DNA of 64,000 nt from a virus (lineage: Duplodnaviria > Heunggongvirae > Uroviricota > Caudoviricetes), in IMG/VR virus record IMGVR_UViG_3300032293_000813, positions 87,000 to 150,999 of that record; one strand, 5' to 3'. The notes under the pieces were generated by a model, which saw only the letters and a list, made by a program, of their open reading frames with translations, searched no databases and had not been told where the DNA came from. Each line of letters begins with the position of its first letter. Position 1 is the stretch's first letter. The translations under genes and the position numbers were made by a program. Below, one piece after another: positions 19,748 to 27,977 of this stretch.

Positions 19748-20394
19748 TATACCAAACTTTTTTCTTTTTTAATTAACTCAAATCCAACATTGCCCGCCAA
19801 CACAACTCTATCTATTGTAGAATTGGGTGCATTATTTGGAGAGTGCGGCATCCACCCCTCCATCACTACTAAATCATCTTCCTCTGGTCTTATCCAATAT
19901 TCTGTATTATCCTTTCCTTTGAAGTATAGTACACCATCTTCACCATCCATTACATCGGGCATCTGTATATAATAAACATATGTGTAATCCGGAACAAATG
20001 ATTTTGTTTTTTTATTAATTTCTGTATGAGTATGGTATTTTTGCTTTTTATCGTAAAAGTTTTCTTGCACCGGCTCCTTTGAGCGAACAACATTCACCCA
20101 CGCATCCGTATTAACTTTATTAAATTCTTTATTAAATTGTTGTAGGTATATATCCTTACATATATCAATACCATACTGACAAACCTCATCTAATTTATTT
20201 TCTACGGTAAAAGTTCCGTTGAAATCTATATTGTTATTCCATTCTTTTTTATAACCAAACCCATCTGTATGAACTATTTCTTTTAGGGATTCTATTAAAG
20301 TATTAGCTTCGATTAAAATCATATCTCTATGTGATGATAGATTTAATTTACCTTTCCATATAAATGTATTATCATCAAAATAAATCTTTTCCAT
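19747..20394 (-). CDS. hypothetical protein, possibly cupin/2OG-oxygenase-like
   Basis: YHTHTE ... MPHSP ... RVVLAG spacing; weak. Confidence 0.3.
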   Translation of the reverse strand: MEKIYFDDNTFIWKGKLNLSSHRDMILIEANTLIESLKEIVHTDGFGYKKEWNNNIDFNGTFTVENKLDEVCQYGIDICKDIYLQQFNKEFNKVNTDAWVNVVRSKEPVQENFYDKKQKYHTHTEINKKTKSFVPDYTYVYYIQMPDVMDGEDGVLYFKGKDNTEYWIRPEEDDLVVMEGWMPHSPNNAPNSTIDRVVLAGNVGFELIKKEKSLV

Positions 20395-20395
20395 A

Positions 20396-21643
20396 CTATA
20401 TTAATTCTTTTATTGAAACTTTTTTATTTTTCTTAAAAATCATCTGATAGTTGTAAACAAAAAAAGTTAATTCAGTTTCCTCTACTTCTTTTAAATCAAA
20501 TATTTTTAATAATTCAGCATTCGTTTTTGGTATAATATTATTATTATCGTCTAATATTAATTTTAATTTTTCTGGTATTGGCATTTCATATGATGCTTTC
20601 CAAAACGGAGTATCAAATCTTTCAGCTAAATAGTGATATCTAACGAACATCATGTTTTGCTCATTGATACTAGAGCAGGTATCATTAAATCTATCTCTAA
20701 GTGATACATCAAACTTAGCACTTATTAATCTCTTTAGTTGCATTATAGTTGACATCAATGAGGTAGCTTCCAACGGTTCTATGAATCCATATGATAGCCC
20801 AATTGCAACACTATTACCTATCCAACTTCTTTTATGTGTACCTGGCTTAAAATCAAATACTTTTTGTATAGTAATTTCTTTACCTATGTAATCTTCCACT
20901 TCTTTCTTAGCTTCTTCAACCGTAATAAATTCTGAATTAAATGTATATCCACATCCCCATCTATGTTGCAATGGTATCTGCCACATCCAACCTGAATCCA
21001 TTGAAATCATATTAGTGTGGGTTACATCTCCTATTGCATATTGATTTTCTTGTGGTAAAAAATATGCCATAGCTCTATTCAATAAAAGATATTTAGAATA
21101 ATCAATCCATTCATCATTGTGAACCTTACCTATAATAACTCTAGCAAAACCACTGCAATCAAATACAAAATCTATACCCTTAATATCAATTCCTTCCTTA
21201 AGTGAAATGGAATGGATATCCTCACCTGTTTTATCTACCACATCGACCTCACCTTCAATCCACTTAACACCTCTTGATAATGATACTTCTTTTAAGTATT
21301 CCGCTACCATTCTTGCATCAAAATGATATGCGTAATTTTGTTTAAACGCATTTGGTTTCGGTCCTGTAAAAAGATGCGATGAACTTTTCCCATCACCTGT
21401 CCAATTTGATAGTGTTAACCCTAATTTACTTGTGCAACCTGTTCTTTTAAAAAAATCATTTTGGTTTATTTCCAATAAAGATAAAAACGCACCAAAGTTA
21501 GGAGTAGCTCCTTCTCCTGCTCCTAATATTCCTATCTTAGAACTTTCTATTAAAGTAACAGATGCATCTTTCCAAAATTTATTAACAGATAGGGCGGTTA
21601 GCCACCCCGCAGTTCCGCCTCCAATAACAATTACATTTTTCAT
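20396..21643 (-). CDS. flavin-dependent halogenase (tryptophan-halogenase family)
   Basis: N-terminal VIVIGGGTAGW FAD motif plus WMWQIP (WxWxIP) motif. Confidence 0.7.
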   Translation of the reverse strand: MKNVIVIGGGTAGWLTALSVNKFWKDASVTLIESSKIGILGAGEGATPNFGAFLSLLEINQNDFFKRTGCTSKLGLTLSNWTGDGKSSSHLFTGPKPNAFKQNYAYHFDARMVAEYLKEVSLSRGVKWIEGEVDVVDKTGEDIHSISLKEGIDIKGIDFVFDCSGFARVIIGKVHNDEWIDYSKYLLLNRAMAYFLPQENQYAIGDVTHTNMISMDSGWMWQIPLQHRWGCGYTFNSEFITVEEAKKEVEDYIGKEITIQKVFDFKPGTHKRSWIGNSVAIGLSYGFIEPLEATSLMSTIMQLKRLISAKFDVSLRDRFNDTCSSINEQNMMFVRYHYLAERFDTPFWKASYEMPIPEKLKLILDDNNNIIPKTNAELLKIFDLKEVEETELTFFVYNYQMIFKKNKKVSIKELI

Positions 21644-22209
21644 ATTAAACTAACTTTTTTAATTGATGATGGCCAAACATTCAACGAATATCTTAGACCA
21701 GATTCTATAGTATCAACCGAATGTGTTATATTAGAATCAAACATAAACACACTTCCCATTTCCTTTGGTACTGAATACTCTACTTTATTTATATTGTATT
21801 TAACCAACCCTCCTTCATAATTATCATTTAACTGAATAATAAGTGTTGTGGTTGCTCCGTTTATTATCTCATGCTTATCTTCATGCCAATCTAAAAAATC
21901 TCCATCGGAATAACGATTAAATGAATACTTTTGAATAGAAGTATATGTTACACCATTGAATGGGTTTAACTCATTTGAAATTAATAAAATTTTATCCGAT
22001 ATATTCTTTATTCGAGAATCGGATAATACATCTCCTATAAAATAACCACCCATTCTTTTATTACCATTGTATTCAATATCCTCTTCCATTACCACACCAT
22101 TTAGAATTTTGGATGATTTCATTTGTTGCAATCCATTATCCTCGCCATATGAAATAATAAAATCACACTCTTCTTTACTTAAAAAGTTTTGAATAAATTT
22201 GTAAAACAT
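21640..22209 (-). CDS. 2OG-Fe(II) oxygenase
   Basis: WHEDKH (HxD) ... ITHSV ... RYSL (RxS). Confidence 0.55.
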   Translation of the reverse strand: MFYKFIQNFLSKEECDFIISYGEDNGLQQMKSSKILNGVVMEEDIEYNGNKRMGGYFIGDVLSDSRIKNISDKILLISNELNPFNGVTYTSIQKYSFNRYSDGDFLDWHEDKHEIINGATTTLIIQLNDNYEGGLVKYNINKVEYSVPKEMGSVFMFDSNITHSVDTIESGLRYSLNVWPSSIKKVSLI

Positions 22210-22421
22210 TATTTATTTTTTAATCCGTATTTAATCCACTTATACCAAACTCTTTCATGTAGATAATACTGAATGGGTTTATAAATCAATTCTGCTACTC
22301 CAAATGCCGCTCCAACTTTAATTGAACCACTTACCCACCACATTATACCAAACCCAATTAAGGTAGATATAATACGGTATGAAATAGTTTTAGCTATATG
22401 TCGTTTACGTTGTACTATCAT
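22209..22421 (-). CDS. small membrane protein (2 TM)
   Basis: Hydrophobic 70-aa ORF. Confidence 0.4.
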   Translation of the reverse strand: MIVQRKRHIAKTISYRIISTLIGFGIMWWVSGSIKVGAAFGVAELIYKPIQYYLHERVWYKWIKYGLKNK

Positions 22422-23026
22422 ATTAAACCTTTTATGTTTTTATTTTTTAAAAATTCAGTACCATTAAAAGTAGTATATTTTAATTCGTAGTTATATCTAA
22501 ATGATGTGTTTTTACTATATGGCAAGGATTCAATTTCACCTTCAGTTAACTCATGTCTATATGAGTTAAATCGTGTATCTAATGTGCGTAAAGCAAAAAA
22601 TGAAACTATAGTACCATTCTTACAATTAGGTTTTATGCAATCTAAAAATTTAGGAATATTTTTATCATGATGAGTATCATGTAAAACACCATCAAATTGT
22701 TTGTTTAGCATAGGTATGATATTAATCCAATCACCTAATATCACTTCAGTATTTGGTTTACCTTTAGCCCATACAAGCGCATGCTTATATATTTCAGGGT
22801 GAACCTCTATAATCGTATGAGATTTTACGGCTGGATTTGATTGAATAGCATCTGCCGATATATGCATACCAAATCCGATTTCTAAAATATCACCACCATT
22901 CATAGTGGCAATTTCAGCTAATTTATCCATCAAAGATTTTTCACCTCTGTGCATAACATAGTCACCTTTTAATCCATCTATTCTGATTTCATCTGATGAT
23001 AATATTAATTTTTCTGTTCCGTTCAT
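22418..23026 (-). CDS. guanidinoacetate N-methyltransferase-like (GAMT/RMT2 family) SAM methyltransferase
   Basis: VMHRGE...GGDILEIGFGMHISADAIQ...HTIIEVHPEIYKHAL...FDGVLHDTHH aligns with rat GAMT VMERWE...GGRVLEVGFGMAIAASRVQ...HWIIECNDGVFQRLQ...FDGILYDTYP. Confidence 0.75.
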   Translation of the reverse strand: MNGTEKLILSSDEIRIDGLKGDYVMHRGEKSLMDKLAEIATMNGGDILEIGFGMHISADAIQSNPAVKSHTIIEVHPEIYKHALVWAKGKPNTEVILGDWINIIPMLNKQFDGVLHDTHHDKNIPKFLDCIKPNCKNGTIVSFFALRTLDTRFNSYRHELTEGEIESLPYSKNTSFRYNYELKYTTFNGTEFLKNKNIKGLI

Positions 23027-23403
23027 TACCCTTTGGTTTCATCATAGGTAATAGTTCCATCTGATGTCATATGACCTGTTCTGATAGCAGTTCCACTAAT
23101 TGTTGCAATATCCGTTGGTGGCTCGTGATAGATTACATCGTAACCAACACCTCTACCATAATTTACCGATTCAATATCAGGAATAATAGATAACAAAATT
23201 TTATCAATCTTATCTAAAAAGAATTTTTCATTTGATAACTCCTTTAGAATTTGTTGTGCAGTTTTAGGATTGTTTTCATCCTGCTGAACATCTCTGATTG
23301 CTACCCAAACATTTTTACCTTTATTTAATTGTTGGTTTATTAACCATTCATGCCCTTTGTGCCAATTTTGCCATCTTCCGATGTACATTGCATATTTTTT
23401 CAT
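23026..23403 (-). CDS. NadM-like nucleotidyltransferase (archaeal-type NMN adenylyltransferase family)
   Basis: YIGRWQNWHKGHEWL vs NadM IIGRFQPFHKGHLEV, and ISGTAIR vs YSGTEIR. Confidence 0.55.
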   Translation of the reverse strand: MKKYAMYIGRWQNWHKGHEWLINQQLNKGKNVWVAIRDVQQDENNPKTAQQILKELSNEKFFLDKIDKILLSIIPDIESVNYGRGVGYDVIYHEPPTDIATISGTAIRTGHMTSDGTITYDETKG

Positions 23404-23843
23404 AAATCTAATTTTTGTAATAATTTTCTATATGATTGAAATTCGTTATCAATTGTTGTATCACAATCTATAAAATTTTCAATCGGTGGTTGGTATCCTT
23501 CCACAAAGAAATTCTCTCTACCTCTTTCCTCCGTTGTATGAACATATACTTCTTTGATGTTATCGTCTCCTATCAATTGTTTAAAAGAATCTCGTTGGTC
23601 TTTATATGGAGAAACTAATGATACTAATGCAAGACCTCCTTTATTATGTATGAAGTGTGCAAGATGTTGTGCCAATTCTACATTCTTTCTACGACCTATT
23701 TCTGAATAATCCTTATTGTTAAATATTTCTCTTATATCATCACCATCTACAATAGTAGGGTGGAGAGAATGAAGATGAGTATATAACATCTTTACTAAAG
23801 TTGTCTTACCTGCACCTGGCTGACCTGTTAACCAATAAATCAT
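23400..23843 (-). CDS. cysC: adenylylsulfate (APS) kinase, PAPS-forming
   Basis: WLTGQPGAGKTTL, DGDDIREIFN and VSLVSPYKDQRD match CysC WFTGLSGSGKST, LDGDNVRHGL and ISPHRAER. Confidence 0.8.
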   Translation of the reverse strand: MIYWLTGQPGAGKTTLVKMLYTHLHSLHPTIVDGDDIREIFNNKDYSEIGRRKNVELAQHLAHFIHNKGGLALVSLVSPYKDQRDSFKQLIGDDNIKEVYVHTTEERGRENFFVEGYQPPIENFIDCDTTIDNEFQSYRKLLQKLDL

Positions 23844-24961
23844 TTGTATATATATTTTACTATTTTATTACTTTGATTACGTTGTAAAATGCTGTATTCC
23901 ATAACATTGTGCATATACTCTTTCAGATACGTTCGTTGTACATCATTATACCATTCGATATCATTATTTAGTATAGTTTCCAAATGATTCATAAATTCTT
24001 CTCCTTCTCCAAAAAAATATATAGGAGAGTTAAATGTAAATCCCATCTTTTCTAATGCATACTTAACTTCTTTTTTTCCATAATATACAAAAGGATTTCC
24101 GGATTTTAGAGCCTTGTGTATCTTCTCAGATAGGTATAATCCATTCATTTTTAATAGATGATGAGTCTCCGTTATTATTTCAAAAAAGGATTCAAAATAT
24201 ATTCTATAATTCATAGGAACTGTACCAATATGATTAATACCTAATATTTTCTTTTTCTGTTGTTCTACTTCACTAATCTTAGATAATCCAGGATATGTAT
24301 CATAGTACATAGGATATTTAATGCCATGCGCTTCACATTCTTTTAAAAACCATTCCTCTGATTCTATGCCGAAGTGTGCTTCATTAAAATCTATTAAATT
24401 AAAAGATATATTACCTTCCGATTGTTTATTATTTTTATGAATTAATTTAAGTATATCAAATCTAATAGGAGAGAAGTGATTGTTAAGAAACATAAATTTT
24501 TTCTTTATTGTCCCCAAATCTGCACGCTTAATTATATCTAATGCATGTACGAATTCCGTTTCACAATTTTCCGTTACCCATTGATTGGGGTTATAAAAAA
24601 TAAAATCATCTTTACCTAAATAATTTATATCATTAGTTAACCAAATTAAGCGTTTGTTATGAAGAAGGGTTTTGTAAAAATTTATAATATTATTTGTAAT
24701 CTTACTTTCTTCTATAGCAAAGTTTATCACAAATCTTATTTCAGAATTAAAATCATATACAGATTCTATATTATCTCTTAGCCTATTAACCCATATTTGA
24801 TTAGTATAATCAAACGAATCCATAGACTTACTGATTTCTATTAATTTTACGTTTTTGTCAAATGCAGTATTGGTGCTAAATCCTCTTGGTAAATAAAATA
24901 CCAATCCACCATCTCTGATTTCAGATTCTCCGTTATTAAATATGTGTAAAGCTCGTAACAT
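23840..24961 (-). CDS. hypothetical protein
   Basis: 373-aa ORF between the APS kinase and an SGNH paralog. Confidence 0.45.
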   Translation of the reverse strand: MLRALHIFNNGESEIRDGGLVFYLPRGFSTNTAFDKNVKLIEISKSMDSFDYTNQIWVNRLRDNIESVYDFNSEIRFVINFAIEESKITNNIINFYKTLLHNKRLIWLTNDINYLGKDDFIFYNPNQWVTENCETEFVHALDIIKRADLGTIKKKFMFLNNHFSPIRFDILKLIHKNNKQSEGNISFNLIDFNEAHFGIESEEWFLKECEAHGIKYPMYYDTYPGLSKISEVEQQKKKILGINHIGTVPMNYRIYFESFFEIITETHHLLKMNGLYLSEKIHKALKSGNPFVYYGKKEVKYALEKMGFTFNSPIYFFGEGEEFMNHLETILNNDIEWYNDVQRTYLKEYMHNVMEYSILQRNQSNKIVKYIYK

Positions 24962-25839
24962 TATATTATTCCTTTTTCTATCATATTTAAAATAGATTCT
25001 CCAAAATATTCATGTCCTTCTAAACTATAGTGTAAGTTTTCAATACCTACATCTTTTAATGTATAAGTGTTCTCTTCTATACGTTTGGTATCATTCATAG
25101 GCAATACATTATTAAGTATCTTATCATATCCAAACTCCATACTATTTGCCATTCGATGTGCGATAGAGTAAGAATCAAACCTATTCATTTGCATTAATTG
25201 ATTATATGCCATTAGATTATTTAAGTTTTCATATTGAACTAAATAATCAGTCATTACAAAATTGGTGAAGTATGAAAAGAATGTATGAAATTTTTCCGAA
25301 TCAACTGGTATATCATTGTGCTTAAGCCAATCCTCTACTATATTAACCTGATTCATACCTGGATTAAGAGAATGTACTAAAGCCTTATAAGTCATATCCG
25401 CTCTATATGAACCACTCCATTGTGTTATACATAGAGGATTCTTATAATTTTTTAAAAGTGATTTATCGTACTTCTTAAAAATTCTTTTATTAGGTTCTAA
25501 AAATACCCAATTATCTTCTCCAACTTTATAATCGTATATGAAATAAGGATTAACTTTGGGTTCAATGCCTGATAGATAATACCATCTACGCAGAATAGAT
25601 TTATTAGATGAACCACTCTTAGATATATTTAAAAGTGGAACACCTAATAATTCTGCTATTCTTAATCCCCAACTAAAAGACCTGTCTAAGAATACCTCAT
25701 TATTAGAATGGTTTTTTAATTCCAACCAATAATCGTAATACTTACATTCTTCTTTGTATGTATCAAATTGCCTATATAACCCATTACCTTCGGAAAACGA
25801 ATCTCCGTTAATAATTACTAAATCATAATTCATGTTCAA
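24961..25839 (-). CDS. SGNH/GDSL hydrolase paralog 2
   Basis: N-terminal VIINGDSFSEGNGL (GDS block I). Confidence 0.55.
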   Translation of the reverse strand: MNMNYDLVIINGDSFSEGNGLYRQFDTYKEECKYYDYWLELKNHSNNEVFLDRSFSWGLRIAELLGVPLLNISKSGSSNKSILRRWYYLSGIEPKVNPYFIYDYKVGEDNWVFLEPNKRIFKKYDKSLLKNYKNPLCITQWSGSYRADMTYKALVHSLNPGMNQVNIVEDWLKHNDIPVDSEKFHTFFSYFTNFVMTDYLVQYENLNNLMAYNQLMQMNRFDSYSIAHRMANSMEFGYDKILNNVLPMNDTKRIEENTYTLKDVGIENLHYSLEGHEYFGESILNMIEKGII

Positions 25840-26251
25840 AATTTATCTTAACCCACTTCTCTCTACTATCTAATTCAAAAGAAGCTATATATTTTTGTTT
25901 CCACGCATTTGGTGGTATAAGAGAAAGAAAAACAGATTCATCTTCCCTCATATAAAGATGATACTTCTCACCCATTACAGGTTGAAAATTGAATTGAGCG
26001 GTATAAACTAACTCATTCCAATTGTATTCATCAATTAGGTTTTGTGCTTCTGCTTTTATTTCTTCGTAGCGAGATTTAAAGTGATGGTTAACTCTAACTA
26101 CCCCTCTCGATTTCCATCCAGAAACATCCTCTAATTTAATAGCGGGAGCTCCGTGATTACTACCATAAGTTAATTCTCTCTGATAGTAACCACGTTCTTC
26201 ATCCCATACTATTAAATCCGGTTTATCCTTTTTCTTTTTTTTCAATGTCAT
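25823..26251 (-). CDS. hypothetical protein
   Basis: ORF tiling. Confidence 0.4.
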   Translation of the reverse strand: MTLKKKKKDKPDLIVWDEERGYYQRELTYGSNHGAPAIKLEDVSGWKSRGVVRVNHHFKSRYEEIKAEAQNLIDEYNWNELVYTAQFNFQPVMGEKYHLYMREDESVFLSLIPPNAWKQKYIASFELDSREKWVKINFEHEL

Positions 26252-26660
26252 ACTTTAAAAGACAGGATAAATGGTCAACTCCTACTAAATAATCGGATTC
26301 AACTTCAAAAGTATTCTCACCACAATAAGAACATTTCCAACCATCAGTTTCTTTAACTTCGGCTTCATAACTTCCACCCATATCATGTAAGGTTTCAGTT
26401 TTGAATTGTTTCTTAGTGATTACTTCTCTTTTCTTTTCACCAATCTTCCTTCTATATATAGTACCACCATTATCAGGTGATTCATATATAAAAGTTTCAT
26501 TACCATCTAATAATAATTGTTTTTCTATAAAAGAAGCAACATCTTCTTCTTTGGTAATCTTTCCAATAGCATCTATAATATCAAATAAAGATTTATCTGT
26601 TTTTAAATGTAATACAGAGAGTTCACCACTTTTTTCAATTGTAATCTTAATTTCTTCCAT
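26223..26660 (-). CDS. hypothetical protein with CxxC...H..C element
   Basis: ORF tiling. Confidence 0.4.
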   Translation of the reverse strand: MEEIKITIEKSGELSVLHLKTDKSLFDIIDAIGKITKEEDVASFIEKQLLLDGNETFIYESPDNGGTIYRRKIGEKKREVITKKQFKTETLHDMGGSYEAEVKETDGWKCSYCGENTFEVESDYLVGVDHLSCLLKYDIEKKEKG

Positions 26661-26664
26661 TTTT

Positions 26665-27516
26665 TTATTCGGTTTCTACAAAGGTATAAAAACTTTTTGA
26701 ATTTTCCAAATCTGGTTGTGTTTTACTTTCACCTAATCTTATTTCTTCTTCCAAATCATATCTTTCCAATAATCTCTTTACGATACCACTCCTTACGCAA
26801 TCCTCTTTTGAGAACTCTACTTGATATACACCCTCTACCCCCATAAAACGATTCCATATATCATAGAACCCACTCTTTTGATATGCAGGTACTCCATTAG
26901 CTCTAAATTTATCACATTGGGAAAGGTCTCCACATATTACCATCTTACTATCATCTGATATACGCGTTACGAGTGTTTTTAACTGAGCTGGAGAGGCGTT
27001 CTGCGACTCGTCCATAAAGATGTATGTATTGTTAAAGTTCATCCCTCTAAGGAAGTTTAAAACCTTAAATTCTAACTTACCCAACTCAATCAAACGAGTG
27101 GTTTCTTTTTCTCCTATAATTTTGTGAAGTATTCCTATTGAGGATTCGTTGTGATAAGCTATCTTCTCCATCAAATCACCAGGAAGGTGACCTAACTTAT
27201 CTTCGTTACCAACATCGACCGTTGGATTTATAATAACCATTTTATATATTCCGCTATTTCTTTGGTATAATAACTCTATACCTTTTTGTATTCCGATGAA
27301 TGTTTTACCTGCCCCTGCCAATGCATGAGCCATAACTATATTATTTTTGTGTGATTCGATTGCCTTATACAATCTCTTTTGGTTTCTTGTTTTAAATTCT
27401 ATTGGTGTTATTAATTTCGGTATCCCTCCTACTTTGTTTTCTACAATTTCTCCAATTGTGTTTGTAACTTCAGTTTCTCCAACTTTCTTTGTAATCCTTT
27501 TAGATACTTTACCCAT
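26665..27516 (-). CDS. phoH: PhoH-like ATPase
   Basis: Walker A GAGKTF; GHLPGDLMEKI; IFMDESQN; VICGDLSQCD. Confidence 0.85.
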   Translation of the reverse strand: MGKVSKRITKKVGETEVTNTIGEIVENKVGGIPKLITPIEFKTRNQKRLYKAIESHKNNIVMAHALAGAGKTFIGIQKGIELLYQRNSGIYKMVIINPTVDVGNEDKLGHLPGDLMEKIAYHNESSIGILHKIIGEKETTRLIELGKLEFKVLNFLRGMNFNNTYIFMDESQNASPAQLKTLVTRISDDSKMVICGDLSQCDKFRANGVPAYQKSGFYDIWNRFMGVEGVYQVEFSKEDCVRSGIVKRLLERYDLEEEIRLGESKTQPDLENSKSFYTFVETE

Positions 27517-27549
27517 AAATTTAATGTTAGGTTATTGCTCTCTCATAAC

Positions 27550-27921
27550 TTAACCAATCTTCATAAGAATTAATTTCTCTTTATTACTAACTCTAGAAGA
27601 TGGTTTTTTAGTTTTTATCTTCTGTATTAGATTTCTAATCTCAACGCATTGTTCATATTCTTCTTTATTTTGAAAATATATCATGCACATAGATAGAACT
27701 TCTGCATATTCATCTCTAGAAATTACAATCATAGTACGAGAGTAATCATCTATAGTGATACATAGTTCTTTTAAATTCCTTGCGGAAGCAGTCTTAATTT
27801 GTTTGAAAAAAGTTTGATAAATAATATCGCCCTTATGCTTTAGATGACCTGAAAAACCATCTTCCCCCTCTACATCCTTTAAATAATTTTTCCAATTTAA
27901 ACGATAGTATATTCTCTTCAT
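27550..27921 (-). CDS. hypothetical protein
   Basis: ORF tiling. Confidence 0.4.
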   Translation of the reverse strand: MKRIYYRLNWKNYLKDVEGEDGFSGHLKHKGDIIYQTFFKQIKTASARNLKELCITIDDYSRTMIVISRDEYAEVLSMCMIYFQNKEEYEQCVEIRNLIQKIKTKKPSSRVSNKEKLILMKIG

Positions 27922-27977
27922 ATCGATTGGGTTTATATCAATAAGTATTAAAAACTTTTTTTACTAACCATTTTTTA

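Noticed and set aside
23026-23403. Sulfate adenylyltransferase (ATP sulfurylase) partner for the adjacent APS kinase
   Set aside because: The (H/T)xGH and ISGT motifs and length match NadM-type NMN adenylyltransferase, not ATP sulfurylase (QTRNxxHRAH); APS is presumably supplied by the host.
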